The notes under the pieces were generated by a model. That model was not told where the DNA came from, did not search any database, and saw nothing but the letters and a program-made list of their open reading frames with translations. Positions 53,787 through 63,373 of a stretch of 64,000 nucleotides of DNA are shown piece after piece. Position 1 is the stretch's first letter, and every line of letters begins with the position of its first letter. The translations under genes and the position numbers were made by a program. Origin of the DNA: Candidatus Limiplasma sp. (GTDB lineage: Bacteria > Bacillota > Clostridia > Christensenellales > Aristaeellaceae); assembly GCA_963674895.2 (NCBI GenBank), contig CAXXCY010000001.1, positions 189,567 to 253,566 on the forward strand, read 5' to 3'.

Positions 53787-55030
53787 AGCGTTTTCTCTCC
53801 CGATCTGCTGTAGGCTCGTTCAATTTCATATGCGATTTCTTTGCCCTTGGTTTCCCAGGTAAACTTTCGTCCCGCTTTCAGCGCGTTATCGCTCATTCGT
53901 TCGCGAATCTCGCGATCTGTCAGTTTCAGGATGGCAGCGTTGAGATTGGCAACTGTTTCATCCCGTTCCCCGCGAAGGATGATCTGGGAATATTCTGGTT
54001 TGAAATATCGTGTATACCCGCCTGTTTCGATTCCAATCAGCGGTTTACCAAACGCCAGGGCATCGAAAGAGACAGTAACCGCGCCTTCTTTCAGGCACGG
54101 GTTCACAACCACATCGCAACCCTGCATTTCTGTATAGTATTCTTCAATCGGAATCTTTCCGGGTAAATCAATCATATGTTCAAGATCCTTTTCCTTGATT
54201 AGCTGCTGCAATCGTTTCTTGTCGATTCCATCACCGACGATTTTAAGATGAATAAAGCGATTCGACTTCGAAGCGATTGCAAACGCCTCAATGAGGATAT
54301 CAAATCCCCGCCATGGATCCAGCCTGCCGACAGCCAGGTAATTCACATTGCTGCTTTGTGAGCTTCTAGTTGCGGAGGTTAAATTCCTTGGTTCTACGGC
54401 AACATCCGTAAAAAGCATTGCCCGAGAGCGATATTTCTCCGGAATACTGAAATAGATAGAATTTGACTTACAAAAAACCAAATCGGCATTTTTACACCGG
54501 CGTTGAAACCCGATATTATACGATAATGACTTTACTACCGTCCTTCGCAGCCACTCCACCCATCTGGCTTTCAAAGGATAGTATTTGGAATATTCAAATG
54601 GAATGCTGTCTACCCCACCTGTTGGCCCCCATATAAAGAACTGTTTCATGCCATAGCTGTTGGCGGGCCATAGCGCATTGCCGTATGTAAGAAGATGATA
54701 TATACGTATATCGTTCTCCAGCATTGTCTTTTTTACAATGCGGTTTGTCAATAACTGCCATAGTATATAGTATAAGCGTACGCCGCGCAGTCCCTTTTTC
54801 CAAAACCGCAATGCTTTGGGCAGGTCAAAATAGACAAAATGTATATTAAAATGAGCGGATGATTTCTGAAACCAAAGTTCGATACTGTTCCTGTTGCTTT
54901 TTCTCGTCAAAACCCACAACTCAAAGTATCGGCTCATTTCCAACGTCCAGTGCCATCCAACGCCGATTTCTGTTCCCATATTTGGTTCACAGGCATATGC
55001 CGAAACAAGGATTTTTCTTTTTCCCTCCAT
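53783..55030 (-). CDS. glycosyltransferase family 4 (GT-B, Glycos_transf_1)
   Basis: 415 aa. KILVSAYACEPNMGTEIGVGWHW at the N-terminus, and C-terminal EGAVTVSFDALAFGKPLIG (E-x7-E region). Confidence 0.8.
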   Translation of the reverse strand: MEGKRKILVSAYACEPNMGTEIGVGWHWTLEMSRYFELWVLTRKSNRNSIELWFQKSSAHFNIHFVYFDLPKALRFWKKGLRGVRLYYILWQLLTNRIVKKTMLENDIRIYHLLTYGNALWPANSYGMKQFFIWGPTGGVDSIPFEYSKYYPLKARWVEWLRRTVVKSLSYNIGFQRRCKNADLVFCKSNSIYFSIPEKYRSRAMLFTDVAVEPRNLTSATRSSQSSNVNYLAVGRLDPWRGFDILIEAFAIASKSNRFIHLKIVGDGIDKKRLQQLIKEKDLEHMIDLPGKIPIEEYYTEMQGCDVVVNPCLKEGAVTVSFDALAFGKPLIGIETGGYTRYFKPEYSQIILRGERDETVANLNAAILKLTDREIRERMSDNALKAGRKFTWETKGKEIAYEIERAYSRSGEKTL

Positions 55031-55059
55031 TTGATTGCCTCCTCTTGATCGGGCAAATA

Positions 55060-56442
55060 TTACAGCTTCTCTGTATATTCTTCCAGCAAGGTTTTTAAAG
55101 CCTGTGAGACCATTGCATGCTGCGTTTGTTCGGAGTTGATCGTTACAAAACGGTTTGGATTCTTTTTCGCCAAGAGCCGATATTCCCCTACTTGGCGGCA
55201 GATTTCTTCCAATGTCAGCTCCTGTTTGCGGGCGAAGATAACCTCAGGGTCAGCATCAAGATAAAATATAATTTTTGGTTTTGGCGTTAAAGCAACGAAA
55301 AATCGACATATGCTCTCGGGCAGGTTTAGCTTCGTACGTTTTGGATCAATAATCAAGTCATAACTATATCGATCAAAAATCGAATACCTGTCGTAGCGAA
55401 CATCATCTCGCACACACTTCCGCCACCCAATCATATAATCCAAAGTATAATATGCAATCCGCATCAAACTGCTCAATAGCCCGACCTGTTTGCCGCGGTG
55501 CGGATTAGTGAAGTTTGTATCCTGTACCATAAGACCTGCTTTTTCCCCTATCACGCCTAAATTGGGCATCACACCCGGGCGGAAATGATAGATATGGAAT
55601 CTTCCGTCATTGGCATCGTTCACATAGTAAAAGGCAAGCTGTTCAACCAGCGCAGTCAGAAAAGTAGTTTTGCCCGCACCATCCGGAGCCAAAACCGCAA
55701 AGCTTTTTTCATATTTGCGGTAATGAAAAACAATTCGATTTAATTTAAGCAATAAAAACGCCGACACTCTTCCAATAGTGTAAAAAGGTCTTTTCTTCAA
55801 CGCATAAGCCTGCAGCTTTCTTGTTAACCGCGACGACATTTTAACAAGGTCGTCGAAAGCGCCTTCATGAATCAGCGTACACGTTTCATTTGCGAAACCC
55901 TTACCTGTCAATTCTTCTAATTGTTCCCTGAATTCTGCGGGATATGTCCGAAACGTGTTCATGATGAGTTTTGTGTATTCCGGCTTAAACGTTGGCCGGG
56001 TATAGCCAAACTGCTTATAAATATATAGCATAACCCCGTCAAAAAAAGAATCCATGACACAGAAATCATGATACCAACGAGTATGCGCATATAATTCGTC
56101 AAAAGAAAAAATCTCAAATCCTTTGACCACGTATCCTTCGATCAGGTCAATATGGATGGAAAAACTGTCTTCAATGGAAATACCATGTATGCAGTGCAAT
56201 CTATCAAAACTAGTTTCGAATTTATACTCCACTCCACTTTTCTTATAAAAAATCAATAGAAATTCTCTCGCTTGGCGCAGAAATCCAGGCTCAATGACAA
56301 TATCCACATCCTTGGCTGTGTTCACATCCGGCAGGCCCTCGTAATTACGCAGCACAAAATACCGGATCCCTTGTCTGCTAAGTTCACTTGTAAATTGACG
56401 GAATATGTCCCCGTGCCGGCAATCCCACATCAGCTTCATCAT
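55060..56442 (-). CDS. two-domain protein: Pol-beta-type nucleotidyltransferase-like N-terminus fused to a thymidylate-kinase-like P-loop domain
   Basis: 460 aa. N-terminal FVLRNYEGLPDVNTAKDVDIVI...HIDLIEG (G..DxD...D pattern). C-terminal VLAPDGAGKTT (Walker A of the G-x-D-G-x-G-K-T-T type) and IFDRYSYD (DRY motif). Confidence 0.55.
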   Translation of the reverse strand: MMKLMWDCRHGDIFRQFTSELSRQGIRYFVLRNYEGLPDVNTAKDVDIVIEPGFLRQAREFLLIFYKKSGVEYKFETSFDRLHCIHGISIEDSFSIHIDLIEGYVVKGFEIFSFDELYAHTRWYHDFCVMDSFFDGVMLYIYKQFGYTRPTFKPEYTKLIMNTFRTYPAEFREQLEELTGKGFANETCTLIHEGAFDDLVKMSSRLTRKLQAYALKKRPFYTIGRVSAFLLLKLNRIVFHYRKYEKSFAVLAPDGAGKTTFLTALVEQLAFYYVNDANDGRFHIYHFRPGVMPNLGVIGEKAGLMVQDTNFTNPHRGKQVGLLSSLMRIAYYTLDYMIGWRKCVRDDVRYDRYSIFDRYSYDLIIDPKRTKLNLPESICRFFVALTPKPKIIFYLDADPEVIFARKQELTLEEICRQVGEYRLLAKKNPNRFVTINSEQTQHAMVSQALKTLLEEYTEKL

Positions 56443-56453
56443 ACCTCATCCCG

Positions 56454-57320
56454 CTAGTGCAAATAGTTACGGATTTTAATTTCTATCGCCCGCACTCTTT
56501 CCTTGCCTAATACTGATTGAGCCAGTACACGGCAGTTTCTTAAGATTGGTCTTGCAATACGAATCCAGAGTATATTCTTTCCGCGTTTCCGCTCCCGGTC
56601 TGTCATCCAACTGTTTGAACACATATGAACGGCGACCGTGTTCTCTGTTATTAAAAACTCATTGTCGTTAAGTTTTTTTGGATAAAACCATTCTCGATTG
56701 TATACGGTGAATTCTTTCACGCACTGTCCTTCTCCGTTAAGTTTCAGTCCATAATTTCGCATGATATCCGTCAAAATAGAAACGTTGGCAATATTATCAT
56801 GACTGCCGTCGCGTTGAACAAAATTGTGTGTTTCATAATAATCGAGCAATTCCTTTATACAAGAGTTTTTTGCCTGACAGGCGATGACTGCAGTACCAAT
56901 AAACGCTTTACGTTCAAATCCCACAATGCCGCCGGCCGTCTCTAGAAGATTCGAAAAAGATTTCAGTATCTTTACATCCGTGTCAAGATATAATCCTCCA
57001 AACTCATACAGGACCTTTGCTCGAACATAGTCGCTTACAAAAGCATATTGCTTGCGTTCGTACGCTTGTTGCGCATATACGCATTCCGATAAATCTACAG
57101 TGTCCTCGTTCCAAAGAGTAATTTTATAACCGGGCAAATATTTCTTCCATGACGCAATACACTTTTGTTCTTTTTCTGGCAGTTCATGACCCCCGAACCA
57201 GCAATAATGAATGTTTTTTTGAATTGGCACAGTATCTTCGCCCCCTGCATATAGACTATGCAAATCAAGTTTCTTATCATCATATAAACAAATGAGCCGA
57301 TAGCTTACGCGCTTGAACAA
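56454..57320 (-). CDS. glycosyltransferase, GT32 / Gly_transf_sug DXD family
   Basis: IHYCWFGG, YAFVSDYVRAKVLYEFGGLYLDTDV. The start is ambiguous: TTG 57320, or GTG 57230 giving MPIQKNIHYCWFG. Confidence 0.75.
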   Translation of the reverse strand: MFKRVSYRLICLYDDKKLDLHSLYAGGEDTVPIQKNIHYCWFGGHELPEKEQKCIASWKKYLPGYKITLWNEDTVDLSECVYAQQAYERKQYAFVSDYVRAKVLYEFGGLYLDTDVKILKSFSNLLETAGGIVGFERKAFIGTAVIACQAKNSCIKELLDYYETHNFVQRDGSHDNIANVSILTDIMRNYGLKLNGEGQCVKEFTVYNREWFYPKKLNDNEFLITENTVAVHMCSNSWMTDRERKRGKNILWIRIARPILRNCRVLAQSVLGKERVRAIEIKIRNYLH

Positions 57321-57373
57321 GTATTGGTATCATATGAATGTCACCAAGATTATTTCTTATCGCCTTTCTTGCA

Positions 57374-58741
57374 TCATGATATTTCATTGCTGTTGGGCAT
57401 ATACAGTTGCAGAATATCATCGCTGTGTACCTTCATCGTTTGAATTTCCATCCCGTCAATAATCGCCTGGTTGACACGCGCGAGACAGTCTCGATTATCC
57501 ATCAGTGATCCCAGCAATTTCTTTATAGACATCTCCTCCGGCTCTTCAATGAATCCAAACCTTCCGTTATCAAGAATGTCCTTTGCGCCCGTATGGCTGC
57601 TGACCAATACTGGCACCCCATAACTCACGGCCTCCAATACAGTAAACCCAAAGGTTTCATACCAAAGACTGGGGACCACCAGCAAATCGGTTTTCTCAAA
57701 TATCTCCCCAAGTTGACTATGTTGGTATCCTTCCTGCGAATTTGTCATATACGGGCGTTGTTCTAAGGTGGGAGCATAAATATTTAATTTAAACGCCCGG
57801 TTCTCTTGAAACCATAGCTTGTCCAGCGCATGCAGCAACAAGTAAAATCCTTTGAATGGTTTGGCCGGTCCCAAATAAGTCAGCCGAAGTACTGGATGAT
57901 TATAATCTCTGCGTTTTCTGTGATCACCGATATCCCGATGGGTGATCGGAACGATCCGGCTATACCGTGGCGTCAGAAATCTGCGGTAGATTTGTTCCGT
58001 GACACTGCTATTAAAATGAATCACATCCATACTTTCCAGCATCCTGACGTAATACGCACGCAAATCGCAGTATTCCTGTGCACGGCTAATAACATCCTCA
58101 GAAGATAGGGACATCTTTGCGGGTTCCTGACTAAAGAATCTCTGCCGGTGTTTCAGCCGAATCTTCCGAACGATATCCGTCTCTTTTAGCAGCCGATAAA
58201 CAGGAGACTGCATAAGGAAGATTTTTTCTATGCTCAATGCGGTTTGATTACATCGTATGCATTCTCTGCAATCATGATCGTCGTCACAGGGATGTCCGTC
58301 ATAAAACAGCGTCACCTTTTGGCAGAGCCCGTAGTAATCATGGCTGGTGAAGATCGTTTTAATTGAGAGTGTTCGTGCCCCTTCAATAAATTCCTTGTGC
58401 AATCCCATCAACGTATGAATGTGAATCACATCCGGAGCATATTGACGAAGAAAGCGTATATAGACCGCCATATCCACCGGTCGAGTATACGCCTTGATAT
58501 CACGCACACCCTCGTCCAAGGAAACGGGTAAAGGATTTTTTATTTCAAAGCTTTCAATGCTACACCGCTTGCGCCCGTTACGGATTTTCAGCTTATGATC
58601 GGCCAGCCCAATCTCTCCAGGCCAGAGCAACGCAACTTCATGCCCCTGTTCCTGTTGGGTCAGCATCAAATCTATACAATACTTGATGAGGCCACCTGTT
58701 CGATACGGTGGGAATCCTAACGAGTAATGCAGTATCCTCAT
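57374..58741 (-). CDS. glycosyltransferase family 4 (GT-B)
   Basis: 455 aa. MRILHYSLGFPPYRTGGL at the N-terminus, and C-terminal ETFGFTVLEAVSYGVPVLVS. The ATG overlaps the upstream stop (ATGA). Confidence 0.8.
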   Translation of the reverse strand: MRILHYSLGFPPYRTGGLIKYCIDLMLTQQEQGHEVALLWPGEIGLADHKLKIRNGRKRCSIESFEIKNPLPVSLDEGVRDIKAYTRPVDMAVYIRFLRQYAPDVIHIHTLMGLHKEFIEGARTLSIKTIFTSHDYYGLCQKVTLFYDGHPCDDDHDCRECIRCNQTALSIEKIFLMQSPVYRLLKETDIVRKIRLKHRQRFFSQEPAKMSLSSEDVISRAQEYCDLRAYYVRMLESMDVIHFNSSVTEQIYRRFLTPRYSRIVPITHRDIGDHRKRRDYNHPVLRLTYLGPAKPFKGFYLLLHALDKLWFQENRAFKLNIYAPTLEQRPYMTNSQEGYQHSQLGEIFEKTDLLVVPSLWYETFGFTVLEAVSYGVPVLVSSHTGAKDILDNGRFGFIEEPEEMSIKKLLGSLMDNRDCLARVNQAIIDGMEIQTMKVHSDDILQLYMPNSNEIS

Positions 58742-59922
58742 CGGAATTGATTTTCCCTCCCTTGGAATCTATCAAAAAAGATTTCCAGGTACCTGTCGCT
58801 AATGTATTTCCAGTTGTATTGCTCTGTGATTTTCTTTCTTGCCAGAATACCCATATTACTCATCATTTCTTCTGTTATAGCTTCAGCTCTGCAAAGTAAT
58901 CTACTTAAATCACCGTGATCCTTTTTCCAATACAGCGCACTATCCTCCGCACACTCACGGTTAAACCCGACGTCAAACAGGAGATTAATTTGGGTGCTCC
59001 CTAATGATTCCAGCAGGCTGGGATTCGTTCCCCCAACCTCATGTCCATGGATATATCCGTATGCGTTTTCACGGATTTTCATCAGCAGCTCTTGCTCGTA
59101 CACTGTGCCAACAAATTTGATGCGGGCATCGTTTTCATATCTGAGCCTTTTTTTAAGCATTCTCTGCAGCTTATTATTCGTGTTCGTTATGATGGCTAGG
59201 TCCTTGTCGACGTTTGATTGCATAAACTCCCGGATGATTGTTTCAAAATTATTCTCGGGAACAAAACGACCCACCACAAGATAGTATTTTTTAATCTGCA
59301 GGCCATATTCGGCGTACCAAGACAGGAGATTTTGATCGTCTTCAGCCAACTTGCTTTTTCTTGCATCCGTTCCATATGCGACGTATATGGTTTGAGGTCT
59401 ATATTGAGCATAACTTTTTTGAATATATCTTTCAATATTTCTACTGTCGCATATCACCAGATCACTATGCTTCACCATCAAACGTTCCGAGTATTTCCAA
59501 TACATTTTTACAGGCAGCGGCCATTTTCCGCGGAGCCATTCGTGCCCGTCCGGATTGATAAACAGCTTGCCGCCGGCTTTATGTATCTTCCGGTGAAAGC
59601 CGCGGGCAAACGGGCCGATCCGGCAGGCTAGAATATACAGAATCGGATGCTCGATATGATGTTCCCTGATATAATCACAACAGTATCGAAGGGCCGCTAT
59701 ATCATAATAGATAGCCTGTGCTGAACCGAGATTAGGTACCCTGATTACAAAACAATGCGCGTTGTGATATCGAAACTCGCCCCTCTGTTTCCCCTTGCAG
59801 GCAATGTGGTATCGAATCTCATGGTTATCCTGATGATACTGCGTCAATTTGTCCAGAAACGTTTCAAAACCGCCGTATTTCCCGGGAATTCCTTTTGATC
59901 CGACGATAAAAACATGCTGCAT
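58738..59922 (-). CDS. DUF1972-containing glycosyltransferase (WchF/RgpA-like, probable rhamnosyltransferase)
   Basis: 394 aa. FIVGSKGIPGKYGGFETFLDKL (DUF1972 signature) plus a C-terminal GT1 domain (HEVGGTNPSLLES). Confidence 0.75.
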   Translation of the reverse strand: MQHVFIVGSKGIPGKYGGFETFLDKLTQYHQDNHEIRYHIACKGKQRGEFRYHNAHCFVIRVPNLGSAQAIYYDIAALRYCCDYIREHHIEHPILYILACRIGPFARGFHRKIHKAGGKLFINPDGHEWLRGKWPLPVKMYWKYSERLMVKHSDLVICDSRNIERYIQKSYAQYRPQTIYVAYGTDARKSKLAEDDQNLLSWYAEYGLQIKKYYLVVGRFVPENNFETIIREFMQSNVDKDLAIITNTNNKLQRMLKKRLRYENDARIKFVGTVYEQELLMKIRENAYGYIHGHEVGGTNPSLLESLGSTQINLLFDVGFNRECAEDSALYWKKDHGDLSRLLCRAEAITEEMMSNMGILARKKITEQYNWKYISDRYLEIFFDRFQGRENQFR

Positions 59923-59925
59923 TTC

Positions 59926-60531
59926 TTATCCTCTTCGAAACGTATGCTTGATACCCTGCCACTTCTGGTCCTTCTGGGAAATCGTAAGTGCCGTTCCTTC
60001 TTGAAATACGTATCCCTCCGCAGAGGCCGAACCTTTATATACGCCGGATACCTGCGGCCACTCAATCCCGATTTCGGGATCATTCCAAGCGATCCCCCCT
60101 TCGTCGTCAGGACTGTAAAATTCAGAGCATTTATAGCTTAACTCGGCAACGTCGCTAAGCACAAGAAACCCGTGCGCAAAGCCTTCGGGGATATAGAGCT
60201 GCTTCATACTGTCGCTCGTCAATTCAATTCCGAACCACTTCCCAAAGGTTTTACTATTGCCCCGAATGTCCACGACAACATCAAAAACCCGCCCGCTGAC
60301 AACGCGGACAAGCTTGCCCTGCGGATGGATTATTTGAAAATGCAACCCGCGTAAGGTGCCTTTGACAGACATGCTTTGATTATCCTGAACGAAATCGTCT
60401 TTAAAACCATGATTCTCGTAGTCCCTCCTGTTGTAGGTTTCCACGAAATAGCCCCTGCTATCCCGGTAAACTTTCGGCTCAATGATGCAAGGTCCTTCGA
60501 TCGGGCATTTTGTTACGTTAATTTGTCCCAT
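59926..60531 (-). CDS. rfbC: dTDP-4-dehydrorhamnose 3,5-epimerase
   Basis: 201 aa from MGQINVTKCPIEG (GGAGACGGAGAA RBS). DSRGYFVETY, RGLHFQ, KLVRVVSGRVFDVVVDIR, GFAHGF. Confidence 0.85.
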   Translation of the reverse strand: MGQINVTKCPIEGPCIIEPKVYRDSRGYFVETYNRRDYENHGFKDDFVQDNQSMSVKGTLRGLHFQIIHPQGKLVRVVSGRVFDVVVDIRGNSKTFGKWFGIELTSDSMKQLYIPEGFAHGFLVLSDVAELSYKCSEFYSPDDEGGIAWNDPEIGIEWPQVSGVYKGSASAEGYVFQEGTALTISQKDQKWQGIKHTFRRG

Positions 60532-60553
60532 TTCTCCGTCTCCACTATTTAAT

Positions 60554-61471
60554 CTACTGTGTTTGAATCTCATACAGGTATCGGCTCAGCGCATCCTGCC
60601 ATGCGGGAAGTGGCACAAAACCAGATTGCGCCAGTTTGCTCTTGTCCAGCCGGCTGTTGTACGGGCGGACCGCCTTGGATAACCCGTATTCCGCCGTGCT
60701 TACGGGAATGACTTTCGTTGCGTAACCGGCCTGCCGGAATATCTCGCAGGCGAATTCGTACCACGAAATGAACCCGCCCTCATTCGTCGCGTGATAATAA
60801 CCGTATTGTTCGGTTTGGATCATATCCGCCAGCAAGCTGGCCAAATCACGCGAGTAGGTCGGCGTTCCAACCTGATCGCTTACCACGCGTACCGTGTCGT
60901 GGGTTTTGCCGATGTTCAGCATTGTTTTAACGAAATTCTTTCCGTTGGCTCCAAACACCCATGCAGTACGCACGATGAAATATCTTTCTAACATTTCCGC
61001 CACGGCCAGCTCGCCTTCCAGCTTCGTTCGGCCGTATGTATTCAGGGGCTTATATTCCTTACAATCCGGTTTCCAGGGCTCTGTCCCCTGGCCGTCAAAC
61101 ACATAGTCGGTGCTGATATAGAGCATTTTGCAGCCATGTTTCCTGCAGGCGGCGGCAATGTTGCGTGTACCGCCGGCGTTGACAGCGCGGACTGTCGGGG
61201 CCTGGTTTTCGTCTTCCGCCCCATCCACGTCTGTCCATGCGGCGCAGTGAACCACAGTGTCGGGTTTGACTTCGTCAAAAACCATGTCCACATTGCCCGC
61301 ATCGGTAATATCCATCCCGGCAAAGGGCATCACGGCAACATTAGAAGTCCCTTTGCTCCTATTGCTTGCTTCGGTTATATCGCTACCAATGCCGTATATG
61401 CCGCGCTTTGCCAGCTCGCACATTGCATCGTGCCCTAGCTGGCCGGTAGCTCCTGTTACAAGTACTTTCAC
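60554..61471 (-). CDS. rfbD: dTDP-4-dehydrorhamnose reductase
   Basis: 305 aa. MKVLVTGATGQLG, HCAAWTDVD, YGRTKLEGE (YxxxK), DQVGTPTY. GTG start with GGAGAAG RBS. Confidence 0.85.
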   Translation of the reverse strand: MKVLVTGATGQLGHDAMCELAKRGIYGIGSDITEASNRSKGTSNVAVMPFAGMDITDAGNVDMVFDEVKPDTVVHCAAWTDVDGAEDENQAPTVRAVNAGGTRNIAAACRKHGCKMLYISTDYVFDGQGTEPWKPDCKEYKPLNTYGRTKLEGELAVAEMLERYFIVRTAWVFGANGKNFVKTMLNIGKTHDTVRVVSDQVGTPTYSRDLASLLADMIQTEQYGYYHATNEGGFISWYEFACEIFRQAGYATKVIPVSTAEYGLSKAVRPYNSRLDKSKLAQSGFVPLPAWQDALSRYLYEIQTQ

Positions 61472-61544
61472 AATTGGTTCTTCTCCTAAAATTCTGCATA
61501 TTGCCTTAACATCATTCCGAGTTATATATCAACGCAAAACCCGT

Positions 61545-62963
61545 TTACTCCGCACCCTTTCCCCGCACAACGGCGACGATCGTTTTCAGGATCAGCTTGA
61601 TGTCCAGATACGTCGACCATTCCTGAATATACTGCAGGTCCATCTTCATCACATCGTCGAAATCCTTCACGTCGTTGCGGCCGCTTACCTGCCAGATGCC
61701 GGTAAGGCCGGGGCGGAAGCTTAAGCGCTTCTTCTGCGCGCCGGTATATTGCTGATATTCCTCCAGCGTCGGCGGGCGGGTTCCCACCAGGCTCATATCC
61801 CCCTTGAGCACATTGAAAAACTGCGGGATCTCGTCCAGGCTTGTTTTCCGGATAAACCTGCCCACGCGCGTGATGCGGGGATCGTTTTTCAGCTTGAACA
61901 GGGGGCCGCTCATTTCGTTCTGATCCATCAGCGCCGCTTTTTTGTCCTCCGCGTCGGCGTACATGCTTCGGAATTTCAGCATCGTGAAGACCCGGCCGTT
62001 GCGCCCCACCCTCTTTTGCCTGAAAAGCAGCGGCCCGGGAGACTCTATCCATATCGCGGGGGCCAGGAACAGCCCGGCGATAACCGTGAACACCGCGCCG
62101 ACCAGGCCGCCCAATATATCCTCGATGCGTTTGAAAGCGATCTCCAGATAATCATATTCGCGGTTTGCCAGGGATATCACATAGGAATCGGCGAAGTTCG
62201 TAAGCTTGGAAACGTGCGGCAAATCATCCGCGGGGAACCGCTTTTCCAGGCTCAGGACCGCGCCCGTCTCCGTGATCTGGCCCAGCAGCGCCTGCACCGC
62301 ATCCGTTTGGTACCGGGTCTCCGATATGGAGATCAGCACCTCGTCCACCGTGTTCTTGACGATATACTCCATATAGTCAGTCTGCAATTCCATGACCGGA
62401 ATTCCGTATAGCTGCGCGGGATCGACGGCCTTACCGTCCAATACGATGATGCCGATCGCCCGGTCCCTCCAATCGCTGTTTTGGATACTGCGGCACGTAG
62501 CGGCGGCGTTGTCGGCGTCCGCAATGACCAGCAGTTTCCATCCCTGTTTCCCCTTGGCGCGCCGTTTCTGGACTGCTTTGATGAAAACATGGCATGCGTA
62601 CGTCAGCACGGCGCCGACGAAAGCGAAGTACAGCAGCGTCAGGCGGGACAGCGCAAAATTATTTTTAGTTGAAAACGAGTACAAGGATAAAAACAGGAGA
62701 ATCAAAAACGAGAAAATAAAAACCCGCTGTAATTCGAGAAAATAACCGCGCTTGAAAAAATCCCGGTACATATGGCTGAACGTAAAGGCAACGCAGCTGG
62801 AAATTACCACCATGGGCACGATCTCGATCAGGTTGATCGTAAGAAAAAACAACCGGATGGACCCGTATCGCAATATCCCTGCGATGAGAATCGCGACGAG
62901 CGAAATCAGGCTGTCCACGATCATCAATGCAATTTGAAGCCATTTGTGCTGGTTTTTGTACAT
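61545..62963 (-). CDS. polyprenyl-phosphate glycosylphosphotransferase (WbaP/CpsE-type priming sugar transferase)
   Basis: 472 aa. N-terminal TM bundle, central nucleotide-binding-like region, and a C-terminal Bac_transf domain ([60 protein letters not shown]). Confidence 0.85.
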   Translation of the reverse strand: MYKNQHKWLQIALMIVDSLISLVAILIAGILRYGSIRLFFLTINLIEIVPMVVISSCVAFTFSHMYRDFFKRGYFLELQRVFIFSFLILLFLSLYSFSTKNNFALSRLTLLYFAFVGAVLTYACHVFIKAVQKRRAKGKQGWKLLVIADADNAAATCRSIQNSDWRDRAIGIIVLDGKAVDPAQLYGIPVMELQTDYMEYIVKNTVDEVLISISETRYQTDAVQALLGQITETGAVLSLEKRFPADDLPHVSKLTNFADSYVISLANREYDYLEIAFKRIEDILGGLVGAVFTVIAGLFLAPAIWIESPGPLLFRQKRVGRNGRVFTMLKFRSMYADAEDKKAALMDQNEMSGPLFKLKNDPRITRVGRFIRKTSLDEIPQFFNVLKGDMSLVGTRPPTLEEYQQYTGAQKKRLSFRPGLTGIWQVSGRNDVKDFDDVMKMDLQYIQEWSTYLDIKLILKTIVAVVRGKGAE

Positions 62964-63343
62964 GTGCCCGCCTCTTCATCGCCGATGGAAGTTGCCGTTA
63001 TCCCTGGTTCGCGGCCGGGAGATGCGCCGTTGGTCCGGTTTCGCCGCTTCTCCTCCATCCCGGAGCTCACCGGAACGCACCCGTAGGCTGTATCGCACGG
63101 GATTTTGCGTCTGGCCTGCTTGGCGCCGCCTTCCGAAGCATTGTCTGGCAACAGGTTTCAACAACGACGGCGAGATCTCCCTCCGTCGAAAATCAATCGG
63201 AGTTCGATTTCACGTTTGTTAACAACTGCTTTCGGCAGCCATTGTCCGGCAAAACGCTTCCTCCGCGCATGCCGCCTTCCTCATGAAATGCCTTGCCGCG
63301 CTTTACGTATTACAAATCGTCAATCATTCGGTGCGACAAGACT

Positions 63344-63373
63344 ATTATATAGTAAAACAATCGTAATATTCAA
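63344..63373 (-). promoter_or_regulatory. candidate sigma-70-type promoter for the polysaccharide operon
   Basis: The minus strand reads TTGAAT, 18-nt spacer, TATAAT, in an AT-rich patch about 380 nt upstream of the priming transferase ATG (62963). Confidence 0.3.

Noticed and set aside
39700-62963. Interpretation of the AT-rich block as a prophage, ICE or classical genomic island
   Set aside because: There is no integrase, transposase, tRNA attachment site or flanking direct repeats. The gene content is entirely polysaccharide biosynthesis, and the left boundary lies inside a gene. Homologous cassette replacement is the more economical explanation.
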